The notes beneath the pieces are model-generated. The model was not told the DNA's origin. It saw only the letters and a program-made list of their open reading frames with translations, and searched no databases. A stretch of 64,000 nucleotides of DNA from Hyphomicrobiales bacterium. Its GTDB lineage: Bacteria; Pseudomonadota; Alphaproteobacteria; Rhizobiales; NORP267. Each line of letters opens with the position of its first letter. Position 1 is the first letter of the stretch. Below are positions 19,856 to 30,581 of the stretch, one piece after another. Location of the stretch: assembly GCA_021775855.1 (NCBI GenBank), contig JAJFGZ010000037.1:77006-141005 (forward strand), given 5' to 3'. A program made the translations under genes and the position numbers.

Positions 19856-22573
19856 ATGGCAAACAAGATGCTCATTGACGCGAGCCATCCGGAGGAAACA
19901 CGCGTCGTCGTCGTAAAAGGCGATAAAGTAGAAGATTTCGATTTTGAATCCGCCAATAGGAAGCAGCTCAGAGGAAATATTTATCTCGCGAAAGTAACGC
20001 GGGTAGAACCATCGCTGCAAGCAGCCTTTGTGGATTACGGCGGAAACCGTCACGGTTTTCTCGCCTTTAGTGAAATTCACCCAGACTATTATCAAATCCC
20101 GGTTGCAGATCGCCAGGCATTGGTGGCCGAGGAAGCCGAGGACGATCTTGAGCAGGCCCGCACCGACGAACAGGAAATTGAGGACGCCCCCAAGAAAAGA
20201 CGGCGGCGACGGAAATCTTCAGCAGCCGCCGCAAAAGCGGATGAAGCCATTAGCGAAGACGCTGAGGTGGACAATTCTGAGGAAAAGGCCGACAGCGACG
20301 ATAGCGTTGACGAAGGCACAGATTCGATCGGCACCATTGCGGAAGATTCTGATCCCGGTGACGACGAAAATCAGGGCGATATCGAAGACGTCGCTGATTC
20401 AGATGCCATAGAGGCCAGCGTCAAAGACAAAGGCGAGGCAGACGGCAACGACGAAGACAATGGCAACGACGAAGAAGACGATAGTGTCGAATCGATTGAA
20501 TCTGAAGACGCCCTGGAAGAAGTGCCGGTGCGCTCAAGATCACGTGCCCGGCGCTATAAAATCCAGGAAGTCATCAAACGGAACCAGATTCTTCTGATCC
20601 AGGTTGTCAAGGAGGAGCGCGGCACCAAGGGTGCGGCCCTGACTACTTACATGTCTATCGCCGGGCGCTATTGCGTACTGATGCCAAACACGGCGCGCGG
20701 CGGCGGCATATCCCGCAAGATCACCAATTCTTCCGACCGCAAGCGCCTGCGCGCAATCGTGACAGAGCTCGAACTGCCGGTTGGAATGGGGCTTATCCTG
20801 CGCACCGCAGGCGCCAGCCGGACCAAGGCGGAAATCAAGCGTGACTTCGAATATCTATTGCGAATGTGGGAAACGGTACGCGATACCACCCTCGATTCAA
20901 CAGCCCCTACCCTCGTGTACGAGGAAGGCAGCCTGGTCAAACGCTCGATCCGGGATCTCTATTCCAAGGAGATCGATGAGGTGTTGGTATCTGGAGACGA
21001 TGCTTATAAGGACGCCAAGGCGTTCATGCGCACGCTGACTCCGAGCCACGCAAAAAACATCAAAGCGTACAAAGAATCCGCGCCGATCTTCGCCCGCTTC
21101 AGTATCGAAAACCAGTTGAGCGCAATGTTCAACCCGCAAGTTCGCCTGCCATCAGGTGGGTATATCGTCATCGACCAGGCCGAGGCGCTCGTCGCGATCG
21201 ATGTCAATTCGGGCAAGGCTACCCGCGCGCACAATATTGAAGCCACCGCGCTCGCGACCAACCTCGAAGCAGCGGCAGAAGTTTCCCGGCAATTCCGATT
21301 GCGGGATTTGGCAGGTCTGATTGTAATCGACTTCATCGATATGGATGAGAAACGCAACAACCGGGCTGTCGAACGGAAACTGAAAGAATGCCTGAAACGC
21401 GATCGGGCGCGTATCCAGATCGGTCATATCAGCCATTTTGGACTACTCGAGATGTCGCGTCAGCGCATGCGCTCGGGTGTGCTCGAAGGCTCCACCGACA
21501 TGTGCGCCCATTGCCAGGGAACTGGAGTGATCCGGTCGACCGAATCAGTCGCGCTGCATATTCTGCGCATGGTCGAAGACGCCCTGATGAAAGATAACAG
21601 CCAGGATCTGGTGCTGCGCACCACGGCGGAAGTCGCTCTTTATATCCTGAATTCAAAACGCGCCCATCTGGCCGAGATCGAAACCCGGTTTGGGACGTCG
21701 ATCACCATTCAGGCAGACGCCAAACTCGCTGGGGTCGATCATGTGATCATCAGGGGCAACGTTGAAATCCGGCAAAATGGCGTGGATGACCGGGCCGGAG
21801 AATCGCCCGATTCCAGATCCGATCGCGGACGTAAACGTCGTCGCGGCGGGCGACGCAGTCGAAACGATTCCCAAAAGAATGATGATGTCGAGGATGATAG
21901 CGAAAATGAAATCGCTGCATCTGGCGATGGCGAGGATGACGGCGAAGAAGCGCGGCCGGAACGCAAACGTGGACGGCGCCGGGGTCGGCGAGGTGGTCGC
22001 GGACGCAGGCCGTCGGGCGAACGGTCAGCCATGGAAAATGGTGAAGATCGGGATCAGGCCGAGGCCAGTCAGGATGCCAGTGAAACCGTTACCGAGGACG
22101 CCAAAGATAGCGACGGCGAAGAAGCTGTAGCGGCAAAAAAACCCCGCCGGCGGCGCAGGCGCGGTGGGTCGGAGACCGCCGGGCAAACTGACGCGTCCGT
22201 CGAAGATGTTTCGGTAGCCGAAGCTTCAACAGATTCGGATCAGGATGGACCTTCCGGCGAGGAGCCTGTGGAGAAAGCTCCGAAACGCCGTCGCGCGCCG
22301 CGCTCCAGGAAAGCGGCTGACAATGAGGCCAGTGCCGAGGAAAATACACCCGAGGCTACTTCCGCCAGTGCAGATGCTGATGAAAAACCCAAACGGGGAC
22401 GCCGGAAAAAGGCCGAGATAGAAAAACCGGAAAATGGCAATGGTGAGGATTCCGGCGGAAAGCAGGCTTCCAGTGCACCCGAACCGGCTCCCGTTGCCGA
22501 AGAAACGCCTGCCCCACCGACCGCCCCCGCAGGGCCGAGCCGGACAGGGTGGTGGCGGAAATCTGACGGCTAG
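19856..22573 (+). CDS. rne: Ribonuclease E
   Basis: 905 aa with N-terminal MLIDASHPEETRVVV…, an S1 region, and the catalytic core (…ALVAIDVNSGK…, …IVIDFIDM…, Zn-link CxxC CAHCQGTG). The C-terminal half is Arg-rich and acidic low complexity. Confidence 0.95.
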   Translation: MANKMLIDASHPEETRVVVVKGDKVEDFDFESANRKQLRGNIYLAKVTRVEPSLQAAFVDYGGNRHGFLAFSEIHPDYYQIPVADRQALVAEEAEDDLEQARTDEQEIEDAPKKRRRRRKSSAAAAKADEAISEDAEVDNSEEKADSDDSVDEGTDSIGTIAEDSDPGDDENQGDIEDVADSDAIEASVKDKGEADGNDEDNGNDEEDDSVESIESEDALEEVPVRSRSRARRYKIQEVIKRNQILLIQVVKEERGTKGAALTTYMSIAGRYCVLMPNTARGGGISRKITNSSDRKRLRAIVTELELPVGMGLILRTAGASRTKAEIKRDFEYLLRMWETVRDTTLDSTAPTLVYEEGSLVKRSIRDLYSKEIDEVLVSGDDAYKDAKAFMRTLTPSHAKNIKAYKESAPIFARFSIENQLSAMFNPQVRLPSGGYIVIDQAEALVAIDVNSGKATRAHNIEATALATNLEAAAEVSRQFRLRDLAGLIVIDFIDMDEKRNNRAVERKLKECLKRDRARIQIGHISHFGLLEMSRQRMRSGVLEGSTDMCAHCQGTGVIRSTESVALHILRMVEDALMKDNSQDLVLRTTAEVALYILNSKRAHLAEIETRFGTSITIQADAKLAGVDHVIIRGNVEIRQNGVDDRAGESPDSRSDRGRKRRRGGRRSRNDSQKNDDVEDDSENEIAASGDGEDDGEEARPERKRGRRRGRRGGRGRRPSGERSAMENGEDRDQAEASQDASETVTEDAKDSDGEEAVAAKKPRRRRRRGGSETAGQTDASVEDVSVAEASTDSDQDGPSGEEPVEKAPKRRRAPRSRKAADNEASAEENTPEATSASADADEKPKRGRRKKAEIEKPENGNGEDSGGKQASSAPEPAPVAEETPAPPTAPAGPSRTGWWRKSDG

Positions 22574-22589
22574 TTCAAACAACAATCGT

Positions 22590-22614
22590 CGGGAAGGGCG
22601 GCCTGCCCTTCCCG
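22590..22614. terminator. GC-rich hairpin between convergent rne and the aminotransferase gene
   Basis: CGGGAAGGGC-ggcct-GCCCTTCCCG is a perfect 10-bp stem. There is no clear U-tract on either side, so terminator function is inferred only from position. Confidence 0.4.
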
Positions 22615-22615
22615 G

Positions 22616-23815
22616 TCACTTCGTTGCCTTCAGCCAATCCCCGATCCGGTCGACAGCCGCCGCGATAACTTCGTGTTTTCCGGCGAACGAAAGCCGGACA
22701 TACCGGTGGCCGTTTACGCGATCGAAATCAGCGCCAGGAGTCAACGCGACATGGGCTTCCTGCAATAGTCGCGACGCAAAATCCCGGGAATCATTGGTAT
22801 AACTGCTGACGTCAATATAGGTATAGAACGCCCCATCCATGGGCAGAAAATTGCCGAGGCCGATTTCGGGTAACCGTTTGGCCAGCAATGCCCGGTTTTT
22901 GGCATAGACTGCCTTGTTGGACTCCAACTCGTCCGTTGCATCAAAGGCTACGATTGCCGCCTGCTGGGAGACGGCGGGGACTGAAATAAACAGGCTTTGG
23001 GCCAGGCGCTCCACAGCTCGTGCCATGTTTTCCGGCAAAATCAGCCATCCGATCCGCCATCCGGTCATCGAATAATATTTAGAGAAACTGTTCACGATAA
23101 TCACGTCATCAGAATATTTCAACGCGGTTTCAGCCGGCGTGTCGTAGGTCAAGCCGTGATAAATCTCGTCCGATATGACCCGGATATTGTTCTCCGACGC
23201 CACATTGACCAGGGCCGCCAGATCATCGGGCATCAACATCGTGCCAGTCGGGTTGCCGGGGCTCGCCAGTAACAGACCAGACAAGGGGTTTGCCAGATGG
23301 CTGGCAAGCACCTGATCCGGCGTCGGTGCCCACCGGGTGTCCACGCCCGTCTCAAGCGTTTGCACCTCAAGACCAAGTACTTCAAGAGTATTGAAATATG
23401 CCGGGTACCCTGGAACCGCCAGCGCCACCCGGTCGCCGGGGTCAAATGACGCCAAAAACGAAAGGATAAAACCTCCAGAAGACCCGGTGGTTATGGCAAT
23501 TCTTTCAATCGGCACATCCAATCCATAGGTTTCGCGATAATGTTGCGAAATCCGTTCGCGCAGGGGCAAAATACCGAGCGCGTCGGTATATCCGAGGGCC
23601 AGCCCGTCGATCGCCTGTTTGGCGGCATCGCGCGCCAACAAGGGTGCCTGGGTGCCCGGTTGGCCGACTTCGAGATGGAGAATATCCGCGCCATCGGATT
23701 CGAGCCGGTTTGCCTCGCGCAATACCTCCATGGCAATAAACGGTTCGACATGGCTTCGTTTTGATGCCGCAAGCGCCAATTGGCGCTCTACAATCGGCTG
23801 CTTTTTTGCCGTCAT
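22616..23815 (-). CDS. Pyridoxal-phosphate-dependent aminotransferase, class I/II
   Basis: 399 aa. NPTG motif and SFSKYYSMTGWRIGW (PLP-lysine region) are typical of the aspartate/aromatic aminotransferase fold. Confidence 0.9.
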   Translation of the reverse strand: MTAKKQPIVERQLALAASKRSHVEPFIAMEVLREANRLESDGADILHLEVGQPGTQAPLLARDAAKQAIDGLALGYTDALGILPLRERISQHYRETYGLDVPIERIAITTGSSGGFILSFLASFDPGDRVALAVPGYPAYFNTLEVLGLEVQTLETGVDTRWAPTPDQVLASHLANPLSGLLLASPGNPTGTMLMPDDLAALVNVASENNIRVISDEIYHGLTYDTPAETALKYSDDVIIVNSFSKYYSMTGWRIGWLILPENMARAVERLAQSLFISVPAVSQQAAIVAFDATDELESNKAVYAKNRALLAKRLPEIGLGNFLPMDGAFYTYIDVSSYTNDSRDFASRLLQEAHVALTPGADFDRVNGHRYVRLSFAGKHEVIAAAVDRIGDWLKATK

Positions 23816-23998
23816 GCCGGGTTTCCTGCTGTCGCCATTTTGACGTATTCCTGTCTAATTCTGACGGGGACTTCTCTGGTGGCGCGAGTTCCAGTTTGAT
23901 TTGGTCACGTCACAGTTTTGCGAGATAATTGCGGGGCTCGTTGACCCACATGGGCGGAGACCCTATCTATAGCCCACATTTTGCAAGGTGCAGCTAGC

Positions 23999-25411
23999 AT
24001 GTATGACAGGGGATTGACTATCGGACAATCGGTTCGCACGCCGATTTTAGCGCGCCTGCTATGGATGGTTCTGGTCCTGGTATTCGCATTGTCTCAATCC
24101 CCGAGGGCGTGGGCTCAATCCAGTGGGATCGGCGCACTCCGGGATTCGGAAATCGAGGCCCTCATCCGTGACTATACGATTCCTATTTTAGAGGCGGCCC
24201 GTGTCAATTCCCGCTCCGTGGAAATCTATCTGGTCAACGATACCAGTTTCAATGCGTTCGTTGCCAACGGCCAGCGTATCTTCATCAACGCCGGGGCCCT
24301 GATGCAGGCCGAAACACCGAACGAGATTATCGGGGTGATCGCACACGAAACTGCGCATATTGCGGGTGGCCATCTCGCCCGCCAGCGCGAAGCTTTGTCG
24401 CGGACGCGAGCAGCCAACATCATTGCAATGTTACTCGGCGCTGGCGCGATTGCGGCAGGCGCTTCCAGCGGCAATAGCGACGCTGCGCAAGCCGGTTCGG
24501 CTATTATTTCGGGCGGTCAGAACGCCGCCCTATTGTCGCTGCTCGCCTACCGTCGCTCGGAGGAAGCGGCCGCCGACCGTGGTGCGGTCATCTATCTGAA
24601 CGCAACTGGACAATCATCGAAAGGCATGCTGACCACGTTTAACCGGTTCGCCGACCAGCAATTGTTTTCGAGCAGCAACATTGACCCCTATTTCCAGAGC
24701 CATCCGATGGCCCGGGACCGGGTCAGCGCGCTCGAGGCGATGGCGGAAACGAGCCCCTATTTTGACCGCATTGATCCACCGGCATTGCAGTTGCGGCACG
24801 ATCTGATGCGCGCCAAGCTGTCAGGATTTCTGGAGCACCAGGATACGGTATTCCGCCGCTACCCGCGATCCGACACCAGCCTGCCGGCATTATACGCCCG
24901 GGCGATCGCGACCTACCTGCATGTGGACGTTAATTCCGCCCTGACCCAAATCGACGTCCTGATACGTGCGCAATCCAACAATCCTTATTTTTGGGAATTG
25001 CGTGGCCAGGCACTACTCGAATCCGGCCGCCCGGAGCGGGCAATTGAACCGCTGCGCAAAGCAGTTGCACTGGCGCCCAATTCCGGGCTGATCCGCATGC
25101 TTTTGGGTCAAGCGCTGCTCGCCACCGAAAGTTCCGGGAACCTGGATGCCGCGATAGCCGAGTTGACCCGGGCGCTGTCAAGCGAACCGGACGCCTCGGT
25201 TGGATTGCGCCAGCTGGCGATTGCCTATGGCCGCAAGGGTGACATTGTGCGCGCTGAAATGATGACCGCCCGCGCTTATTTTGCCGAGGGCAATCTGAAC
25301 CGGGCAAAACAGCATGCCGCCCGCGTCCAGAGCAGGGCCGCGCGCGGTTCACCGCTTTGGCTGCAGGCCGATGATATTATTAATTACCAGACTCAATCTT
25401 CAGGCGGGTGA
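23999..25411 (+). CDS. M48-family zinc metalloprotease with C-terminal TPR repeats, secreted
   Basis: HExxH motif HETAHIAGGH and a signal-like N-terminus (LLWMVLVLVFALSQSPRAWAQ). The track ORF starts at TTG 23981, and ATG 23999 is equally possible. Confidence 0.85.
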   Translation: MYDRGLTIGQSVRTPILARLLWMVLVLVFALSQSPRAWAQSSGIGALRDSEIEALIRDYTIPILEAARVNSRSVEIYLVNDTSFNAFVANGQRIFINAGALMQAETPNEIIGVIAHETAHIAGGHLARQREALSRTRAANIIAMLLGAGAIAAGASSGNSDAAQAGSAIISGGQNAALLSLLAYRRSEEAAADRGAVIYLNATGQSSKGMLTTFNRFADQQLFSSSNIDPYFQSHPMARDRVSALEAMAETSPYFDRIDPPALQLRHDLMRAKLSGFLEHQDTVFRRYPRSDTSLPALYARAIATYLHVDVNSALTQIDVLIRAQSNNPYFWELRGQALLESGRPERAIEPLRKAVALAPNSGLIRMLLGQALLATESSGNLDAAIAELTRALSSEPDASVGLRQLAIAYGRKGDIVRAEMMTARAYFAEGNLNRAKQHAARVQSRAARGSPLWLQADDIINYQTQSSGG

Positions 25412-25508
25412 GATTGTTAATATTGCTGCCGGTCGCTGGTTGGCAAATCGAGCGATATGGGGCAGAATCGGGATTGAATTTTTTGGAACTAACTCAAGTG
25501 GTGGGATC

Positions 25509-26291
25509 ATGTCGACAAAAATACCGTTAGGTCTGAGTATTCTACTCGCCCTTCTGTTGGCGGTTGCTTCTGTCATGTACGTCTCCGACCGCGCACCTGT
25601 GGTTGCGCAGACAGCTGCAGAACAGCAAAGCGATATAGGACAACAGATCCGCGATTACATACTGACCAACCCCGAAGTAGTCCGTGATGCCCTTTTGGAA
25701 CTGGAGCGCCGGGATATCGCAGCACAAGAGGCCGCCCAGCAACTGGCCATTACGCAATATGCCGACCAATTATTCTATTCCGACCGTGACTTTGTGACAG
25801 GCAACCCTGATGGCGACGTCACGCTCGTCGAATTCTTCGATTATAATTGTGGTTTCTGCCGCCGCGCCATGTCCGACCTTACCCGGCTTCTCGAAGAAGA
25901 CCCGAACTTGCGCGTGGTGATGAAAGAATTCCCCGTGCTCGGCGCGGGCTCCATTGCCGCTGCGAAAGTATCTGCTGCAGCAATCAACGAAGAACAGTTT
26001 TTCGAATTTCACAAGCAGCTCTTGCAGAACCCGGGCGGTGCTGATGGTATCTCAGCTATGGAAGTCGCGCAGGAATCGGGTTTGGACGTGATGCGTATCC
26101 AGGTCGCTTCTGAAGACCCGTCAATTGTAGAAACGCTCACCATGACGCTGCAAATGGCTCAGGATCTCGGCATAAACGGCACACCCAGCTACGTGATAGG
26201 CAGCCAGCTTGTCGTGGGCGCAGTCGGATATGACGAATTGAAGCAGCGCATCGCAGAAGAACGTTCCCGCATCGCATCGGCCACCAACTAG
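25509..26291 (+). CDS. DsbA-family thiol:disulfide oxidoreductase, periplasmic
   Basis: CxxC active site [10 protein letters not shown]. The signal/TM starts at [22 protein letters not shown]. The track ORF (25314) overlaps the M48 gene, whereas ATG 25509 has the SD GGTGGGA. Confidence 0.85.
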   Translation: MSTKIPLGLSILLALLLAVASVMYVSDRAPVVAQTAAEQQSDIGQQIRDYILTNPEVVRDALLELERRDIAAQEAAQQLAITQYADQLFYSDRDFVTGNPDGDVTLVEFFDYNCGFCRRAMSDLTRLLEEDPNLRVVMKEFPVLGAGSIAAAKVSAAAINEEQFFEFHKQLLQNPGGADGISAMEVAQESGLDVMRIQVASEDPSIVETLTMTLQMAQDLGINGTPSYVIGSQLVVGAVGYDELKQRIAEERSRIASATN

Positions 26292-26322
26292 TCAACTTGG
26301 TACCAAATTCCGGAGTAGCAGT

Positions 26323-26766
26323 ATGACCCGTCCGGTCTTCATCCTGAATGGGCCCAACCTCAACCTGCTTGGTCAGCGCGAGCCTGAAATTTATGGACAC
26401 GATACTCTTGCGGATATCGAAAATCTTTGCCGGGAAACGGGCAAAAAGCTGAACCTTGAAGTCGAGTTCCGGCAGTCCAATCATGAGGGCGTGCTGGTTG
26501 ACTGGATCCAGGAAGCTGGCAGCGGAAGCGCTGCCGTGATTATCAATGCCGGCGCTCTATCACACACCTCCATCGCGATCATGGATGCACTCAAAGCGAT
26601 TCCAGTCCCGATCATCGAAGTTCATCTCTCGAATATTTTCGCGCGTGAGGAATTCAGGCACCATTCCTATATATCCCCAATCGCAACCGGAATCATTTGC
26701 GGTTTTGGACCGAAAGGGTATCAATTGGGGATCGAGGCAGTGTACGAGTCGCTAAAGCGGCCCTGA
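26323..26766 (+). CDS. aroQ: Type II 3-dehydroquinate dehydratase
   Basis: 147 aa; [19 protein letters not shown]…, …[15 protein letters not shown] are hallmark AroQ motifs. Confidence 0.95.
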   Translation: MTRPVFILNGPNLNLLGQREPEIYGHDTLADIENLCRETGKKLNLEVEFRQSNHEGVLVDWIQEAGSGSAAVIINAGALSHTSIAIMDALKAIPVPIIEVHLSNIFAREEFRHHSYISPIATGIICGFGPKGYQLGIEAVYESLKRP

Positions 26767-26800
26767 GGTCTCTTTGAACAAAAACAAGATTTTAACAGGC

Positions 26801-27283
26801 ATGGCCCAAGGCAGTCGCCCGATGGCAAAAGCACCAAGTTCGATCGACAAGAAACTCATTCGCGAAATGGCGGAGTTGTTGGATGAATCCGACCTCTCTG
26901 AAATCGAGGTTGAGATTTCCGGCATGCGCATCAAGGTGGCGCGGGGACGAATGAGCCCGGTTGCGACCGCGCCAACCGCTCCAGCGATTGCCACCTCTCC
27001 GGCAGCAATTGTAGCGCCAATCGCAGATGTGTCTGCACCGGTCTCCGATGCCAACACGATAAAGTCGCCCATGGTCGGCACCATTTACCTAGCGCCAGAA
27101 CCTGGCGCAGCGGCGTTCATTGAGGTCGGGTCTGACGTCGCCGCTGGTCAAACGATCATGATCGTCGAAGCCATGAAAACCATGAATTCCATAATCGCAC
27201 CCAAGGCTGGCAAGGTGAAAGAAATTCTCGTCGAAAATTCCCAACCAGTCGAATTCGGCGAGCCGCTCGCGGTCATTGAGTAA
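26801..27283 (+). CDS. accB: Acetyl-CoA carboxylase biotin carboxyl carrier protein
   Basis: Biotinylation motif EAMKTMN and an Ala/Pro linker. The start is uncertain, with candidates TTG 26774, ATG 26801 and ATG 26822. Confidence 0.9.
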   Translation: MAQGSRPMAKAPSSIDKKLIREMAELLDESDLSEIEVEISGMRIKVARGRMSPVATAPTAPAIATSPAAIVAPIADVSAPVSDANTIKSPMVGTIYLAPEPGAAAFIEVGSDVAAGQTIMIVEAMKTMNSIIAPKAGKVKEILVENSQPVEFGEPLAVIE

Positions 27284-27298
27284 GGCGGTTCAGGGCGC

Positions 27299-28645
27299 AT
27301 GTTTGAAAAGGTCCTGATTGCCAATCGCGGGGAGATCGCCCTTCGGGTTTTGCGGGCCTGCAAGGAGCTCGGAATCCAGACGGTTGCTGTCCATTCAACC
27401 GCCGATGCCGATGCGATGCACGTGCGTCTTGCCGATGAGAGCGTATGTATCGGTCCGCCGCAGGTGCGGGATTCGTACCTGAATATCCCGGCGCTGATGG
27501 CAGCGTGCGAAATTACGGGAGCAGATGCGGTCCATCCGGGCTATGGATTTCTCTCAGAAAACGCCCGCTTTGCCGAAATCCTGGACGAGCATAAAATCGT
27601 GTTTATCGGTCCAACGGCAGAACATATCCGCCTGATGGGCGACAAGATCACGGCGAAGCAGACCGTCGCGGATTTGGGTATTCCAACGGTTCCGGGGTCC
27701 GATGGCGAAGTTCATACCGTGGATGAAGCTCTTGCGGTTGCACAGGAGATTGGATTTCCGGTCCTGATCAAGGCCGCCGCCGGCGGTGGCGGTCGCGGCA
27801 TGCGGGTCGCAGAAAGCAAAGACAAGCTTGGTGAAGCCTTTTCTGCGGCGCGAACCGAGGCGGCCGCTAATTTCGGCGACGACGCGGTCTATATCGAGAA
27901 ATTTCTCGGTACCCCCCGGCATATCGAATTCCAGATTCTAGGCGACGGCGAGGGCAAGGCAATTCATCTTGGCGAGAGAGATTGTTCGATCCAGCGCCGC
28001 CATCAGAAAATCTGGGAGGAAGCCCCCTCGCCCGCGCTAAATTCTGAAGAACGTTTACGGATGGGAGAAGTCGTTGCTAAGGCAATGGCGGATCTCAAAT
28101 ACCGGGGCGTCGGAACTATTGAATTTCTCTACGAGAACGGCGAATTTTATTTCATCGAAATGAATACCAGAATCCAGGTCGAACACCCGGTCACGGAAAT
28201 GATCACACGGATTGATTTGATCAACGAACAGATCAAAGTTGCCTCCGGCCGCGGCATGACCCTCAAACAGGACGATATACAGTTCAGGGGTCACGCAATC
28301 GAATGCCGGATCAATGCTGAACATCCCGAAACCTTTGTCCCCTCGCCCGGTAAAATTGAATATTACCACCCCCCTGGCGGGCTTGGTGTGCGGGTCGATT
28401 CAAGTGTCTATCAGGGCTACGAAATTCCGCCCTATTACGACAGCCTGATCGGCAAACTGATTGTCCATGGCGAGACCCGCAACGAATGCCTGATGCGGTT
28501 GCGTCGGTCGCTGTCCGAGCTGGTCGTCAATGGGGTTGAGACAACGGTCCCGTTATTCAATCGCCTGGTCAAGAACCAGGATATCATTGACGGACAATAT
28601 GATATCCATTGGCTGGAGACGTTTCTGGCTGAAAATTCCGATTGA
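27299..28645 (+). CDS. accC: Acetyl-CoA carboxylase biotin carboxylase subunit
   Basis: 448 aa, MFEKVLIANRGEIALRV…, with the ATP-grasp glycine loop GGGGRGM. Full-length AccC-like. Confidence 0.97.
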   Translation: MFEKVLIANRGEIALRVLRACKELGIQTVAVHSTADADAMHVRLADESVCIGPPQVRDSYLNIPALMAACEITGADAVHPGYGFLSENARFAEILDEHKIVFIGPTAEHIRLMGDKITAKQTVADLGIPTVPGSDGEVHTVDEALAVAQEIGFPVLIKAAAGGGGRGMRVAESKDKLGEAFSAARTEAAANFGDDAVYIEKFLGTPRHIEFQILGDGEGKAIHLGERDCSIQRRHQKIWEEAPSPALNSEERLRMGEVVAKAMADLKYRGVGTIEFLYENGEFYFIEMNTRIQVEHPVTEMITRIDLINEQIKVASGRGMTLKQDDIQFRGHAIECRINAEHPETFVPSPGKIEYYHPPGGLGVRVDSSVYQGYEIPPYYDSLIGKLIVHGETRNECLMRLRRSLSELVVNGVETTVPLFNRLVKNQDIIDGQYDIHWLETFLAENSD

Positions 28646-28669
28646 AGTAGGATCAGAGGCACTAGTCTG

Positions 28670-29362
28670 ATGAGCAAGTCGACGAACAATCTGTTCGAGA
28701 TCACGCCGCAGGTTCTGCTCAAGGCCTATGCATGTGGAATTTTCCCTATGGCCGAAGGTTCTGACGATCCCGCGCTTTACTGGATTGAACCGGAGGAGCG
28801 TGGCGTGTTGCCGCTCGATCAGGTCCATGTCGCCCGGCGGTTGGCCAAAACGATCCGTTCCGTCCCGTTCGAGATCAAAATAGACACCGATTTTGAAAGC
28901 GTTATATCGGGCTGCGCCGAGGCGGCACCCGGACGCCGAAAAACCTGGATCAATCGTCGGATCCACGACCTTTATTCCGCGCTGTTCGAGCAGGGCCATT
29001 GCCACACAGTTGAGGCCTGGCAGGACGATCAGCTGGTCGGCGGGTTGTACGGGGTACATCTGGGTGGTGCGTTTTTTGGCGAGAGCATGTTCCACCGCTG
29101 TCGGGACGCCAGCAAAATATCGCTGATCTATCTGGTCGCGCGCTTACGTGCCGGAGGATTTCAACTGCTTGACAGTCAGTTCATTACCAATCACTTGCGC
29201 CGCTTTGGTGCGATCGAGCTTGATCGCACCGAATACCATACAGCTCTGGAAGCAGCGCTTGTTTGCGACGGTGACTATTATTCGCTTGCCGAATCCGCTT
29301 CGCCCGAAACGGTTTTGCAATTGGTGAGCCAAACATCGAATACCGGGTGTTCGACCGCGTGA
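28670..29362 (+). CDS. aat: Leucyl/phenylalanyl-tRNA--protein transferase
   Basis: 230 aa; …[14 protein letters not shown]…, …[25 protein letters not shown]… are typical Aat motifs. Confidence 0.9.
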   Translation: MSKSTNNLFEITPQVLLKAYACGIFPMAEGSDDPALYWIEPEERGVLPLDQVHVARRLAKTIRSVPFEIKIDTDFESVISGCAEAAPGRRKTWINRRIHDLYSALFEQGHCHTVEAWQDDQLVGGLYGVHLGGAFFGESMFHRCRDASKISLIYLVARLRAGGFQLLDSQFITNHLRRFGAIELDRTEYHTALEAALVCDGDYYSLAESASPETVLQLVSQTSNTGCSTA

Positions 29363-29700
29363 AGCCCCGGGCTTGACCCAAACATCCAGCCGGTAAAAAT
29401 GCGCTTCAATTCGTCATTCAGCAGGACCTCCTCCACCTCCACGAAGGCGCTGGTGAAGGGCGGCTCAGTGGGGGGACGGGTGTAACAGACCCGTGGCGTG
29501 ACCTGGAGAGCACCGAATTGCACGGTTTCATCTATCCTCACTTCAAACGAGGTGATCCGTGCCGTAATTTTATCCAGCCCGGCAAAGACAGCGACATTGT
29601 TTGATATTTGTTGGGCGCGCGCCTGATCAGCGAAGACCGGGATGCAGACAGACAACGCGCAAACCGCAAAAATAAACCGCATCACAAGCCTGTTCCACAT
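29278..29700 (-). CDS. DUF2155-family secreted protein
   Basis: Signal peptide [18 protein letters not shown], then …[16 protein letters not shown]…[15 protein letters not shown]…[22 protein letters not shown]. The start is uncertain (ATG 29700 or 29682; the track ORF runs from 29781). Confidence 0.8.
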   Translation of the reverse strand: MWNRLVMRFIFAVCALSVCIPVFADQARAQQISNNVAVFAGLDKITARITSFEVRIDETVQFGALQVTPRVCYTRPPTEPPFTSAFVEVEEVLLNDELKRIFTGWMFGSSPGLHAVEHPVFDVWLTNCKTVSGEADSASE

Positions 29701-29792
29701 TTCATATTGTTCCGTTCCGCTCTTCCACTGCCGTGAAATAATGGTGACATTCTGACGCCGCACTAAATTCAAAGCGAGCACTTTCCCTGGCC

Positions 29793-30557
29793 CTACTTTC
29801 CCAGCCTGGCTTCAAAACGCAAACGCATATAGTCGGCGGTCCAGTTCCCTTTAGAGTCGCGCAGCGAGTTGGCCAACAACAATTCAACCTCGTCCAGCAC
29901 TTCCGCTTGGTGCGCATCATCAAACTGCTCAAAAAATGGCTTCCGGAATGTCATCAGCCATCCACGCATGCCTGTCTTTAGCGGTGTCGGGCGGGGGATC
30001 AGCGATATCCGCCGCACCTCGAACCCCCGGCTTACTAAGAGGTCCGAATATTCATCAACGGTCGGGTAAAACCACGGCCCGGCCAGGTCTTCGTCGCCGC
30101 CATGGATCCTGGCTGCGGCGCGCATCGCGGTGATGATCGACGATACGTTTCCGTGTCCGCCAAATTCGCCGACAAATCTGCCACCCGGCTTCAAAGCCTG
30201 GCGCACGCCCTCGATCACATCGAGAGGTTTCAGCATCCAGTGCAACGCGGCGTTAGAGAATACGGCGTCGAATTCATGTTTGAAACTGAGCTGGTGGCCG
30301 TCCATCCGGCGCACATCAAGACCGCGCTCTGCCGCGCGCGCCAACAATTCTTCGCTTGCGTCGACCCCGGTCACACTGGCGCCGGCCTGTTCAATCTTTT
30401 TAGTCAGCGCACCATCGCCGCACCCGAGATCTAAAATGCGCTCGCCTTTTTGCGGCGCGAGCCAATTCAATGCGGCGTTGCCGAGATCGGACACGAATCT
30501 GGCATTTTCCTGATAGGTATCAGGCGACCAGGTCTGGCGGCGTTCCGGGTTGCTCAT
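29793..30557 (-). CDS. Class I SAM-dependent methyltransferase (trans-aconitate methyltransferase-like)
   Basis: 254 aa with SAM motif I ILDLGCGDG and post-I/II motifs. Confidence 0.85.
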   Translation of the reverse strand: MSNPERRQTWSPDTYQENARFVSDLGNAALNWLAPQKGERILDLGCGDGALTKKIEQAGASVTGVDASEELLARAAERGLDVRRMDGHQLSFKHEFDAVFSNAALHWMLKPLDVIEGVRQALKPGGRFVGEFGGHGNVSSIITAMRAAARIHGGDEDLAGPWFYPTVDEYSDLLVSRGFEVRRISLIPRPTPLKTGMRGWLMTFRKPFFEQFDDAHQAEVLDEVELLLANSLRDSKGNWTADYMRLRFEARLGK

Positions 30558-30581
30558 GAGGTAATGTTTGCTGCGCCCTGT

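Noticed and set aside
19339-19916. ORFs of about 120 aa lie on both strands in the rne upstream region (19339..19704 on the - strand, 19548..19916 on the + strand).
   Set aside because: They overlap each other. The + strand ORF runs into the rne start in another frame. Neither has an RBS or a recognisable motif, so the region is more likely a leader.
21780-22560. Repetitive Arg-rich/acidic segments in the 3' half of rne might be tandem DNA repeats or a mobile insertion.
   Set aside because: They are in frame within a continuous RNase E ORF. They resemble the intrinsically disordered scaffold region typical of RNase E, and I saw no exact nucleotide tandem repeats.
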